A DNA stretch of 64,000 bases from Camelus ferus (Eukaryota). The notes beneath the pieces are model-generated. The model was given only the letters and a program-made list of their open reading frames with translations. It was not told where the DNA came from and made no database searches. The stretch is taken from positions 15,502,001 through 15,566,000 of the forward strand of contig NC_045697.1 of the NCBI RefSeq assembly GCF_009834535.1, in the 5' to 3' direction. Every line of letters starts with the position of its first letter. Positions within the stretch are counted from its first letter, which is position 1. Position numbers and translations under genes: made by a program. Below are positions 45,942 to 59,049 of the stretch, piece after piece.

Positions 45942-46048
45942 AAATCCACTGACCTGACCATTCTTTGCAATTTCTCAATCTCCATGTTATTTGGGGAGCT
46001 CCAGGGAGGATACAAATACCCAGAGTGAGGATTCTGTTTCTAAGAGAT

Positions 46049-46749
46049 CATTTTTTTTTCCATTTTAAATTCTGCACTCTATTTTTCTAAATAGAACTAT
46101 AGTCAGTTTATAATGTTGTGTCAATTTCTGCTGTACAGCATAAAGTTTCAATCACACATACACTTATATTCCTTTTCATATTCTTTTTCATTATAGATTA
46201 CCACAAATATTGAATACAGCTCCCTGTGCTATACTGTAGAAACTTGTTATCTATTTTATATATGTAGTAGCTAGTATCTGCAAATCTCAAACTCCCAGTT
46301 TATCTCTTCCCACCCACTTCCCCTCTGCCACTCCCCAGTAACTATAAGTTTGATTTCTATGTCTGTGAGTGCTTCTATTTTGTAAATAAGTTCACTTGTG
46401 TTTTTAAGATTCCACATATGAGTGATATCATATGGTATTTTTTTTTCTCTTTCTGCCTTACTTCACTTAGTATGACAATCTCCAGGTCCATCCATGTTGC
46501 TGCAAATGGCATTATTTTATTCTTTTTTATGGCTGAGTAGTATTCCATTGTATAAATATACCACAGCTTCTTTATACAGTCATCTGTCAACATTTAGGTT
46601 GTTTCCATGTCTTAGGCTATTGTAAATGGTGCTGCTATGAACATTGGGGTGCATGGTACTTTTTAAATTAGAGTTCTCTCCAGATATATGCCCAGGAATG
46701 GGATTGTTGGATCATATGGGTAAGACTACTTTTAGTTTTTTAAGAAATC
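46049..46749 (-). mobile_element. Camelid-type L1 3' end with 10-bp TSD tctaagagat
   Basis: ORF2 C-terminus LWYIYTMEYYSAIKKNKIMPFAATWMDLEIVILSEV; TSD at 46039-46048 and 46750-46759. Confidence 0.95.
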
Positions 46750-47214
46750 TCTAAGAGATTACTTTTGATTCAGGCTATTCCAAGCACTGCCCATCTCATC
46801 CCACATGCACTCTAGGGGCTGCCAGGGACCACCACACCTGCTATTCCTGCCAGTTCTGTTCCCACCTCCAGAAAAGGAAAGTGGGTGCTTCTTCTTGTGC
46901 CTTTTAGAAAACATCATGCACAACTTAATCTAGAATTCAATTTTGTCATAATTCTTTTTCCCTTGAAAATTTTAAACTCATCCCTAACCCAAAACCCCCC
47001 ACTGACAAATAGTACCCGCTCTCTTGCAAGTGAGACAGCACTGAGACTCTGAGGGGGTGACTGGAACCCGCTTCTCAGAGATGACCTGTTAGCCCTGAGG
47101 GCGGATGCAAACTCCCACTCACAAGCTCTGGAACCTTAGAAACGTGAGGAAACTGAGGCTCACATCCTTTATTTATGCGGGGAGGATAAAAATAAGTCCT
47201 TTAAAACCTCCCTT

Positions 47215-47329
47215 GGTAAACCTTTAATGGAAAAACTATGAAAACAAATATATGTATGTATATGCATGACTGGGACATTGTGCTTGCTGTACGCCAGGGA
47301 CTGACACGTTGTAATTGACTGTATTTCAT

Positions 47330-47381
<52 letters not shown>

Positions 47382-47383
47382 AA
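47215..47383 (+). mobile_element. Short camelid-type L1 3' tail ending in (TAAA)n
   Basis: aacctttaatggaaaa...tatgcatgactgggacattgtgc...gtaattgactgtatttca(taaa)n. Confidence 0.88.
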
Positions 47384-50300
47384 AGAATGCATCAAAACAT
47401 AGGTGAAAATGATTGCTATACACATAAGGGTTTGGGTTTTTTTTTTTTTTTTTTCTGGTTCTTAGCCTGCCTTAAGTTTAATGTTGGTAGGAATTTAGGG
47501 ACAGCTTTTCTCTTGAGGCTATAAAGTTCCCCTGGCCTCATCATGCTGGCGGCAAAATGAGGGCTACACTCAGAACTTCACACTGTGTTCTTCTGCCTCT
47601 GCCTCCACCCACCAAGGCCCTAAGACCTCCCCTTCCCCTTACTGTGTCCTGGGGAGTTGTCCCAGGGGATTCCTGCGCGCTCACCACTTCGGCCCTTTCA
47701 GATAGTAGGTGGCTTTTACCACAGTTACTCTCGCCCCTTCCCTCTCTAGTGACCTCCCAGGCCTCGGAGGCTCACAAGCCGTCACCACAGTTAGGATCTC
47801 CTCTCTAGGGGAACTACCGCGGCCCCAGACAAACGTGGAAGACGTTGCTAACTTACAAGTTTTCCTTGAACTTTGGTTCCTGCTGCCACCTTCTTAAAAT
47901 CAGCTCAGCTATTTTTCTGTTTGGAAATTCATCCCCCTCTTTCTTTTTTTTTTTTTTTTTTCTTTCTTTCAACCCAGTCCATGTTATTAAGTCTCGGCTG
48001 CGAGTGCTGTCAGCTGTCACCTCCGTAACGAGGGGGAGATGGGCTCTCACCACCTCCGTGCTACACTCGACGCTGCAGGTCTGGATGCGGGCTTGTAGGG
48101 CTCCCACTTCTGAGCGAGGAGTTCCTCGTCTGACTCTTCTCTGGAGCCCTTTACTCAGAACACTCAGTCATGAGTCCCCAACACTGGGCTGGGAGATATA
48201 ACTTAAGAAAAGGATGTCACACCCCAAATCTCCTCCCTCTCTGATTCCGAGGCATTAGTTTGAAATCAAGCTAGTACTTCTCATTTCTAATTTCCTTCAA
48301 CATAATTCTCTGTAGGAGGTGCCTCTGCCCTTCATGTAGATAGACTCACTCACCCCATCACTTCTCTGTGCCCAGGCACTTATGAATTCAAGGAAGGACA
48401 CAGCTCTGGCCAAATCTTAAACAGCCACCACACTTCTTTTTGAGCTCCTGTCTCTACAAGTGACAATCTCTTCTCACAACCTTATATGAAAAGTGAAATA
48501 CCATGGATTAATGAGCTAGTTCAACTATTCAGGTTACTTGAGTTTGTATGTGCCAATAGATAGTGATTCCTACTAGATACCGAGAGACATTATTGAAATT
48601 TGGTGTGGGTACAACGTAAACTCCAAACTGGAGGAATGTCACTGTATAATCATCTTTCATGGGAGAGGAAACAGGAATATTGTAATCAGAGATTAGATTC
48701 TCCTTTCTTATTGGATTTCTTGCTTCTTTTCTTCTCAGTTCTCTGTCTTATTTCTGGATCTTAATAAATTCAAAAGAGATTGGTGACTGCTTAACATTTC
48801 TTTGTTTTATGCCTTGAGCTATACCAAGGGGGAAAAAAAACAACATTTCCAGTCAAGCAAACATACCTAGTCTTTGCTATAAAAAGAGAAAAATATTCAG
48901 GATGTTCCAGACATAAAACTATTCCAATTTTTAATCCTGTTTTATAGAAATTAGAGACTTGGCTCTAAATTTAGCTGGATCTGACCTGCTTCACCTAACT
49001 CACCTACCATTAACAATGAGAAAGAATTTTAAAATTCCTCAATACCTGTCAGCTCCTGTTATTAATAAGAAAAAGCATTTCCTTAATCCTTCACCCCAAG
49101 GGCAGTTTCATTATAGTTTCAAAGTTAGTATAAAGAATTCTGCTTGAGCTGTAATAATTTTTTAAGAAAATTTGATTTTAAAAGAAATGGAAATTAAGTA
49201 TAACATTACGTTTATGAACCAGTCATTTTTTTTAAAGAAAATTCAAAGAGATGGTACGCTCATCTCATGCATTTGTCCTAAAAATTGTAGCTGCTTCACT
49301 AAAGAGACGTGGAATAGTGGGTAGCCAGGAAGTAGTCTTTATTAAATTGAAAATCTCCTGACCTTGAGTCACCAGCCTTTCAATTTCCCTCTAGAGAAGG
49401 AAAGTGTTAATTTCTATTATTTCCGTTTTTCATGAAGGAGAAGCTCTAGGTTCTGAATTGCTGAGCTCAGTGCCAAGGCTGCACAAAATAGAGATCATAT
49501 TACAGATCCTTTCATCAGCATCTCAAAGGGCTTTATGCCCATTAAAATACCACTGCACACTTCCTGTGTAAATAAGTATGCCATTTGGTGTGAGAATAAA
49601 AAATTAGGTCTCCCTGCAAGTGCCTTTTCCCATTTGTTCTACTTTGTCTTAATTTCTTTGCAATCCAGTTAGTGCCACAAAATTAAGATAAAGGAAGCTG
49701 GACGCTCAGGTATTCAACAGTTCTGGACACGTCACTCCAAGTAGAGAAAACTGCCTGACACCCCAGCAAAAGGAAGGCATGGCAGAGACTCCAGGAGTAG
49801 CTTAGAGGACTGTCTCCCATGAGGTCATCTTGTGATGACCAATTTGGTCCTTGAGTGACATGTATTTCACTCATAGCTCTTTGACATAAATAAATCTTCA
49901 TCCTTTGAAGGGAGGGACTGAGCACAGGGAATGGGCAAAATCAATCTGAACCAAGACTGATGATGTAGGGTACTCTTGGTCATGAGATTGTATTGGCAAG
50001 AGCTGGTTCCCAAGGAGACGTTTGAGTTAGGGAAATATTATTGAAAATATGTCCAGCTCCTAAAGTGACCATGAAAAAGGGTATCAAATATTTGGAAACA
50101 TAAGTTATAATATTTTTTAAAAAATTTTTGTGTTTTATATTTATAACCCCAGATTCAAAACCAGAGAGTTTTCAGAAGGTCTGTGGATAGGAATCTCAAG
50201 GTCAACTTTTATTCTGAACATGATAACTGTATGCATTTCTATGCAGTAGTAATCTTAGCCCTAAATTTATCTTCCCCATCTTGAAGTCCCCTCAAACACT

Positions 50301-50669
50301 TATTTTAACCATTACAAATATGTTCTTATTTGCCTTGAATAATTGATTTTAGAATGAGGGAAGATGGCAAACACCTAAAGAAAGAGAACACAAACAAATA
50401 TATAAGTTAAATGAGTCAGATGCTGCAAAAGGAGTCGGAGCCATGACTGCCCCTGTTCTTGAAGAATTTACAGACTAATGAGAGAAAACCAGAACAGACA
50501 AACATATTTCATCATAATATAGCAAGTGCCATGCAAAGATACACGCTGGATGTAGATGTAATGAGGGCTCGGAAACTGGGCATTAGTCCATCCTGGGGTT
50601 TCAGAATAGACCTTTTTGAAGAGAAAACGTCTAAGCTAAGTCTTAAATCACACATAGGCGAGAAGCGCT

Positions 50670-52125
50670 TCCATAATGGCAGAGTGAGGATCTCCAAAAA
50701 TTCACTCCTCCAGAAAAGCAATGAGAAAACTGGCAAAATATTGTCAGCAGTAAGTTTTTCACAATGCTGGAACGTACTGCAAAATTTGTAATAATAGAAA
50801 GTAAGACAAGTAAGTAAAACAAAGTCAAAACAAAACAATAAAAAAAGCTGAATCTCAGTAATAATGGTGTTTATATGATATGATAATTTGCTGTGCTTAC
50901 CTACTCCCATCTTTCTTTCCTTAGCTCTGCAGTGGCCTTAAAAAATAGCATTCTTACTACCAATGTAGCCACGAAGAACAGCAGCCTAGCAGATACTGGA
51001 GAGGGCAGAAGGTGTCTGAAGCACTACAAAAAGCCCCATCCCCAGCAAATTGTCCCTATTTGACTTCTTTGGCAGTTCCTTATAAAAGCCCTATTCACAG
51101 GCTTTATCTTCAGGCGACCTCACTCAGCGGGAGAATCCCTAACCTCAGGGCATTTGTCAGAAGCAATCAACAGCAATTGTTTAATATCACGGCTGCCTGA
51201 GCTGGGGATACAGGCTGGGAAATGAGGCTTCCTAAAAAAACTTAGGAGGAAATTCTAGGGAATTAAATGTCTATAGGTTTTGAAAAGTTCAACATATTCC
51301 TGGGGATCTAAAAGGTCATGTGCATGCTAATAAAGAACTGAGAAGGCCCTAAGCTCTCACCCCTGGCTTGCCTTGAGGCTTTTTGCAAGTAGTAAGTAAA
51401 AAACAAAGTGTGGAGTTGTAAATTGCCAAAGTGCTGAAGGCATGCCACAACAAACTAACAGTGGGAGACAAAGCTTAAGGCATTTAAGGAAATGTCTGTC
51501 CAATTACTATTTGACTCCTAGGCTGACTGAGCAAAGACTTCAGTGACCACACACATCAAAAGATACAGACATTACAAAATAGTTCAGAAAAGTCATTAAA
51601 CAAACAAGCAACAAACAGCAAAAACAACAGACTCTAGGTAGAGGGAGTATCTGATTTCCAAAGGTGCCACTAAGAAGAGAAATCAATAAAGTAAAACAGG
51701 AACACCACAATTAAAGCAAAACACTAGAAGATACCTACTTGACACAACAGAAGATAACAGAGAAATAGAGAAACAAAACACAAATCACAGAAGAGAAATA
51801 GCAAAAAGGCAGGTGTAGCCCCTACCTCATCAGTAACTATGTTAAATTTAAATAAGGTACTCCAATCAAAAGACAGAGGTTGGCAGAATGGATATAAAAA
51901 CATGATCCAACTATTGACTTTCCACAAGAGATTCACTTTAGATTGAAAGGCACAAATTGGTTGAAAGTAAAAGCATAGCATGCAAACAATAACCAAAAGA
52001 GAGTCACATGACTATATTAATATCAGACAAAACAGACTTTAAGATAAAAATTATTTCTAGAGACACAGAAGGAGAGTTTATAATGATAAAAGGACCAATC
52101 CATCAGGGAGCTAGAATCATGATAA
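50670..52125 (+). mobile_element. Old L1 5' UTR with deleted ORF1 and start of the ORF2 endonuclease
   Basis: actccaatcaaaagacagaggttggcagaatggat...; translated ILISDKTDFKIKIISRDTEGEFIMIKGPIHQ. Confidence 0.8.
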
Positions 52126-54919
52126 ATATCAACTGTTTTGTTTCTTCTTCATTCAGTCCCATAGAAGAAAAAAAGTTATATATGCAATAAAAGATGTACA
52201 CATACACTCCAACTGTATACTAAGTGTGGAATCATATAAAAATATTCACATAGAGAAAAATCTGTTTTAAAAAGTGTTATTGGTGGACAGTAGGGGACTG
52301 GGTTATTGGATAAACTTGAATCCATATACTCTGGGATTCTAAGCATAATCATCTTTGGCTAGAGATTTAGAGTTATTCACTCTTGAAAAAGAGGAAGAAA
52401 CACACAAACACGCACAACACAGACATGACTAGCTCCGGGTCTCCATCCTTCCTTTATGTCTGTCATAAAGAGTCCGTGGAGCTATACGAACCCTCCGAAC
52501 CTCAGGCAAGCTCTGGCCCTTGTTCCCTGCAAATGCTGTTCAGCTGTGCTCCGACCTTCAGAAGAAAAGCCTAGAAAGAGGTCCATGGAAAGCAACATCA
52601 GGAAATCATGTCGCTTCAGTTATGCTTCTGTGTGTGTCTCAAGAAATCCTTACTCATTCAGAAATGCTAGTTAATTCAATGCGTTCATATGATTACACAT
52701 GATTTTCCAATGGACATAGTGATGATCTTGTTTGTAATTTTGTTTTTCAATAAAAGTTGTGTGAGAAAAGAAAACAGATGGAATGAAATATTGTCAGGAA
52801 AATTATTGATAGGTCTTGTTTTTGCTGTTAATTTTAATTATCCTAATTAATCTGGGCTCTCTTAGACCTGTCTTCTGGTTTTGCCATTAATCAATGATTC
52901 GTCCTTACGAGAGTCCTTCTTTCTCTTTACCTGTCTAATGATGGATTTGAACTAGAAAGCCTCTAAGTTTCCTTTCAGGTCTAATAATATTTGTGTTTCT
53001 GCAGCAGGGATTCAAGTTTAGTCATAACCTAATTACGTGTTAAATTTCCCTTGCCCTACCATACTAACTATATTAACTAAATTTCTAATACACTCTAAAC
53101 AGTAGAGAAAATATTTCAGTTTAGTTCAGGAAAGGAGGTAAATAAAAAATTGATATCTCATTTAATTAAATGTGGATTTCACAATTGCCTATTTGTCTAT
53201 TGTTCTCAAAAAGTCCAAGGAAGAGTGCCCCGTTATGGTCAAAGTATATTAAAATCCTTGCTTGGAATTTTGGAAGGTTTACAAAATAGCTAACTATTCC
53301 ATTTTCCACTGCTTGCTTCAGAAGGTTTTCTAGAATAACTAATAGAAATGTGTTTTCAAAGAGAAGTAGGTAGCTTGTTCCTATAAATATAAAACTGCCC
53401 AGCCTGTATTTCCCAGCCCTGTACAGCCCGTGGGGATGCACATCATGTTGACAGTCTGCTAGGTGATATAACCCCGGTCCTGCATTTCGCCTGCCACATA
53501 ATACTCTGCAATAGATGTATAGAAAATATTATTATCTCCATTCAGTTACCCACTTGGAGGTTAGACTTCTATTACTATCCAAATACTTTTCAACAATGAC
53601 CCATTTACAAATACGTCTATTCATAACTACAAGAGTAGATAATACCAATATTACATTTCCTCTGACTTCAGCCAAGCATAAAGACAACAAATAGGTTATT
53701 GCTGTTCTGCGTTCAGCTCAAATCAGAGATTTAAATTTGAATAGCCCTAAATGGCTCTCCACACCCAGGTAGCACTCCCTTGACCATCTGCCAATGTGCA
53801 CGTTTCCTAATATAGAACATTGCTTCAGTTGGCAAATTCATTTTCTCAGTTTTCTAGAAGCTAGAGGAAGCAGAGGCACAGGCTGAAGCCTTCCCTTAGA
53901 AGCGGTAAATGCCTCAAACAACGAAAGGCATCCATTTCTTTGAAAAATTAAAATGCGATCTGGCATGCACACTTTCTCTGGGCAGAGCCTTCTCGCAGTA
54001 ACCTACTGTATGCTTGACTAGTTATTTATTTGAATCATTTAGGAGCTATTTGAAGACAGATGAGTCTAAATCACATCTTTAAACAAAGCAAAATAGATTT
54101 AGACTTCCACAAACATCTGTTAATTTTTCACACACTGCCTCCATTAAGATAATTCACCTTATGGAGTAACTCACAACGAATGCTCCCTCCACAACACTGA
54201 AGAAGGGAAAATTCAGTTACGCAAATGATTTCCATTTAAACTATGCCCAGTGAACGGCAGAAAGAGTAAGTGATTCAAATTATATGTTAATCACCTTCAC
54301 ATCTAGAGAACTCTAGGAAAGCAATGTCTGACAAGGTCAGAGTTTCCGCAGGATTCTAGAAAGACAGTATCCTGAGAGTGGGAGCTCTGTCAGACCACAC
54401 GCATGGTGGAGAACCAGTCTGGCAGTAGAGGAATTCCTCTATTGAAACCTGCTTCATGGGTGACTTTCCCTCTGCTGCGCTAGTTGGATGGAAAAATAAT
54501 ACCTAATGATCTTTTTCAAATCATTCAACTTGGACCAACTCAAAAAGCAGCTGTAATTACTTTGCAACTGTGGCTAAAACCGCCATTGGTTCTTGGTAAT
54601 TGAAGGCAGATACTGGCTGCTGCTACTTCAATGCAGCCCCAAGAATCTGTCTTAGAAAAAAGTCAATGCTGACGTCTTATGAAACTTGAGATTCCATTGA
54701 TCATGAGCAAGAAGATAATTCCACAGTTGAAAACTCTGACTAGGGTGATACCAGTATTTGGGACATCTTGAAGGCTCTGGTGTGCTTGGAGTGGCAAATT
54801 CCGGCACAGAAGGGTCTTTTGAATATCTCTAGTTTTAATGCATTTACCGCCAGCTCCACCCCCCACCCCCAAAGTATCTGCACTGTTCTTAGCTTTCCCA
54901 AGGGCTTTCTATTTAGAGT

Positions 54920-55150
54920 ATTTTTTTAAGTACTGAGGACTTACTTCTGGGCGAGACACTGTACTAAACAGTATATAATTCCATTTAATCTTCAGAACAG
55001 TATTATGAAATAGGAAACATTATATTCATTTTGCATTTAAGGAATAGTTGGCTCAGGGAATTTAAATTACTTACACCAAAAGCAAGGACAAAGCTAGGAC
55101 TTGAACATTAGTCCGAATGACTTTCAAAGTCCACGCAGGTACTGATATGC
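54920..55150 (-). mobile_element. MIR SINE
   Basis: tactgaggacttac...catttaatcttcagaac...ggctcagggaatttaaattactt...ggacttgaac. Confidence 0.75.
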
Positions 55151-55249
55151 TACTCCAGGTTCTGCAGAGCAAGAAAGAATTGTGATCACCCTTATCTTCA
55201 AGACCATAAGGTTTGTTCCTCTACCCCTAGGTTGAGTTTGAAGTGCCAG

Positions 55250-55377
55250 TCTAGAGTTCAAAACTCACATGCCTGGACCTTTCCTCAAAGGATTCTAAAC
55301 AATGGGTCTGGGAGCCAGACTGTAGTTTTAAAAACTTCTCAAGTTGATTCCAATGCAAACTTGCCATCAAGAACTTC
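55250..55377. mobile_element. MER5-type DNA transposon fragment
   Basis: gattctaa..atgggtctggga...ttttaaaaacttctcaagttgattccaatgca...agaacttctg. Confidence 0.65.
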
Positions 55378-55639
55378 TGATCATATGACTTAGTGACCCT
55401 GTAACGTGGGAGTCCATGTGCATTCTCAGACGTCCCTGGAGACATACAAGACACTTTAAGGCTGTATTCTCATTTCAATACCAATTTTTAATAAATTATT
55501 CTCTAAGTTTAATTCTGGACCTGGATAACCAAGCCTTGCCAACTTACTTTATCCCTTTCTATTTCTTTCAGCTTTGCATTTGTAATCATTAATTTTCACT
55601 CAACAAGTACATATAATTTTTTACAGGTGTCACACACGT

Positions 55640-55810
55640 AAGCAAGACAATAAGCATGCTTCCTCATTTGTAGAACAGTGTTAAAAATAGTGACAACCTG
55701 ACAGGACTGCTATGAAACTTAATAAAATAGTAACTCTAAAGTGCTTAGAGAAGGGTCTAACATGTAGTAAGGACTCAATCGATGCTAGATATGGTAGTTG
55801 TTATTGTTAT
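55640..55810 (+). mobile_element. MIR SINE
   Basis: ttcctcatttgta...aaagtgcttagag...tagtaaggactcaat. Confidence 0.7.
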
Positions 55811-56174
55811 TTTTTAATTCTTCCAAGTAAACAAAAGTTGGAAAGTTCATATTGTATGAAGTTCTGGGAACAAAAATAAAACAGGGTAGAGTAACAGACA
55901 GTGGCAGGTGATGGGGGGGGTAAGATGAAGGCACTAATTGGTGATCTGGGAGATCCTCTCTGCTTAGGTGATATTTGATTAAAGTTTCAAATCAAGCGAT
56001 GGAGTAAGCCATATAACCATGTAGAGAAGATCGTAGGTCAAAGAAGAAGCCAATGCAAACATTCTTAAGCAGGAACAAACTAAAGTGTTCACATTCATTT
56101 ATTCATTTAGCTGCAGGTGATCACAGGACAGAATGCAACTTTGGATGGAACGTTTCTCAAAAGGCTAAAGATCT

Positions 56175-56575
56175 TGTTATAGAATGAATTATGTGGGCAC
56201 CCACCACCCGCCATTCATACGATGAAGTCCTAGGCCCTAGTATTTCAGAATATGCTTATATTTGGAGATAGGGTCTTTACAAAGGTAATTAAGTTAAAAT
56301 GAGGTCATCAGGGTAGACCCTAATCCAATATGATTCAAAATTTGGACTCAGACATGTACAGAGGGAAGATGATATAAAGACACAGGAAGAAGGTGGCCAT
56401 CTACCAGTCAGAGAGAGAGGCCTGGAACAGACCTTTCCCATGACCCTCAGAAGAAAACCACCCAGCCAACACATTGATCTTGAGCTAATAGGCCCCAGAA
56501 TGGTGAGAAAATATATTTCTGATGTTGAAGCTGCTCTGTGGTACTTTGGTTATGGCAGCCCAAGCAAACAAATAC
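56175..56575 (+). mobile_element. MaLR solo LTR (MLT1B-like)
   Basis: tgttata..atgaatt...tttggagatagggtctttac..aggtaattaagttaaaatgaggtcat...ttatggcagccc.agcaaac.aataca. Confidence 0.9.
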
Positions 56576-57819
56576 AGACTGCATTCTCTAGAATAAGGAA
56601 GAATTGTTCCCCTTCAGATGGATCTATTTTTTATTCAAATTTAAAAGTTTGTTCTTGAAGTGTTTTGATCTTCTATTTAAAAGGATAGTAAGTGCTAATT
56701 CAGATTAGATCTCCTAGGTCTTTTGCCAGGTGGGTTCCTCAAATGGAAGTTGTCCTGAAACAAACTAGCTGAGGCTCAGCTGGCATCTTTGAAAGCTTCC
56801 TGACCAACACAGGACTGTTAGAGTTTCTCATAATGGATTTAGTGGCAGGATGGATGGATTAAGATTCTATGGGAAGAGTGCAGAACAATCATTTGGTGAG
56901 CTACCAAAAACTTCTATTCTTCTTACCACCACGAGGTCATCAGTCTTCTCATTGGAGGACAACTGAAAGTCAGACCATCTCTGAGCCTAATGCCCCAGGC
57001 TGTGTGCTCAGTAGGAGCTGCCCAGGAATCGGCATCCAAGAATAAGAGATGTCAGGGTTGTAACAAACAGGAGGTTGGTGACTAGAGTGGTGTTATATCC
57101 TTGGAAGGGCCTGGCCAGCAAGAGAGAGCTGTGGCTGAGAAAACTGAATCACGTGTTCATCAGGACCAGAGGGACCAAAGCAGGAACAGGAACAAGAGCT
57201 GCCAGTGGGGACATCTGCAGAGAGAAGCAAGGACTGAAGCCAGATCTAGCACCTCTATCACAGAGGGTCTGCATGGGTCTCTTTAAATGGTGAGAAAGTA
57301 CACTCCATCAAGTGGAGGATGGGTGCTTAAAGGGTAGGACTGGATCTGAAAATAGACACACTATAGGGCAAAGACTTGATTGCAATTTAATGAGAGTGGT
57401 GCCCAAGCAACCGGAAAGAAAAAACATTTTCCCCAAGAATAAGATGCTCCAGCAGGCAATGTTGCAATGGCATTTCAAAGTGCTGGTTGCACCAGAAGCT
57501 TGGTAGGAAATTGAAATGGAACCATAATCAGGTGGCATTCTAACTCTGGCATGCTATAATTAAGTCATTATTTGAACCAATGGTTTTATTAAGTTCCTCT
57601 GCACAAAAGCCAGCAGCTCTCTTCAACTTCTGTCATTCATTATATTTAGCTCCTGCTTGAAATTTCAGGGTAAATATCCAAAGTTTCCTTTGCTTGTTTT
57701 TAAGTAATAATATAATGGTTTAAACTAAGATACTGGAAGTATGTCACTTGTTAAGATACAGTCAAACCTCCTTAGAGTGAATCAGCCACATCCAAATAAA
57801 AAATAATAATTTCAGATCC

Positions 57820-58870
57820 AGATACAAGTTATGAAGAAATAGAACTGGTTAAAGGGATGGAAAATGACTGTCTATTTGCTTCTCTAGGACAAGGAAATCT
57901 GAGCAGAGATCAGAATGCTGAGAAGGAGGCAGTCATAATTAGATTCAAAAGAAAACCATTCCGACCAGAAGGAACAGGAAGTGCAAAGGCCCTGAGGTAG
58001 GAATGAACTTGACATGATTGAGTGACAATAAGAAAGCAGTCAGACTAAGCTTCAGTGTATGAGGGGTAAGGCGGGAAGATAAGACTGGAGAGTCAGGCAA
58101 GGGATAGGTTATATAAGACTCTGTGGGGTGAAATAAAGAAGCTGGATTTTATTCTAGTTGCAATCAGAGACTCCTAAAGAACTTTGCAGGAGGGTCATAT
58201 TATTTGCTTAATCTTTCCACTGGCTTCCCTGCGGAAACTCCAAAGGAAACAGCAAGATCAACTACAAGGCATTATCAAGACAAATGAATGGGGGTGATTT
58301 GAAATACAGTTTGGTGAGTGGTGATGGTGAGGATTAATTACTAATTGACTGAGGGGTATAAAGAAAAGATGAACTATAGGAAAGTCAGAGAGGAATCCTA
58401 GATTTAGGGGCTGAGGATGGCAATAGCATTTACAGAGATGGAAAAACCCTAAGAACAGATATTATGGGAGGGGCTGGGGCTGGTAACAGTTGTGTTCTGT
58501 TCATTTAAGTCTGAGATACCGGTTAAGCCTCCAAATAGAGATACTGAATAGACGGTTCAATATAGGAATCTCGAGCTCGGGTTATAGGTTTGGGTTTCAC
58601 TAGCACAAACGTGGTGCACTTTAGAGGCACAGACATGAATGGGATCACCTAGGCTGTGAGGGAGCTAATTCACAAAGAAGATCTGGGTCGCTTTCACCTT
58701 TTGAGATCCGCTGAAGGGATGACGGGGAGATGGATGGAGAAGAAATGGCCAATATAGTAGAAAGAAAACCAAAGAAAAGAGCATGGTAAACCATTACAGA
58801 TGCTGTGAGGAATTCAAATTAAGTAAGGACAGAGAAGTGACCATTAGGTTTGGAACTAGCGGAGGAGGAA
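57820..58870 (-). mobile_element. L2 LINE fragment
   Basis: gtgcaaaggccctgaggtaggaatga...ggattttattct...agatgctg.gagg..tcaa.taag.aaggacagagaagtgacca. Confidence 0.85.
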
Positions 58871-59049
58871 GGAAGTAGAGACTTGGAGTGAAGAAGACTC
58901 ATAAAAGTTGTTCTTTGAACAGAGAACAGAGAAATCAGCTAGAGATATCCTTTCTCTGAGGCCAAGAGAAAGGCTATCTTCCAGGAGAACACTATTAATG
59001 AATATATGGTAAACCCAATAAGAATAACCCAATGGAGAGATGCTGGTTG

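Noticed and set aside
46375..46593. 72-aa ORF as a host gene
   Set aside because: It is the L1 ORF2 C-terminus in a truncated element.
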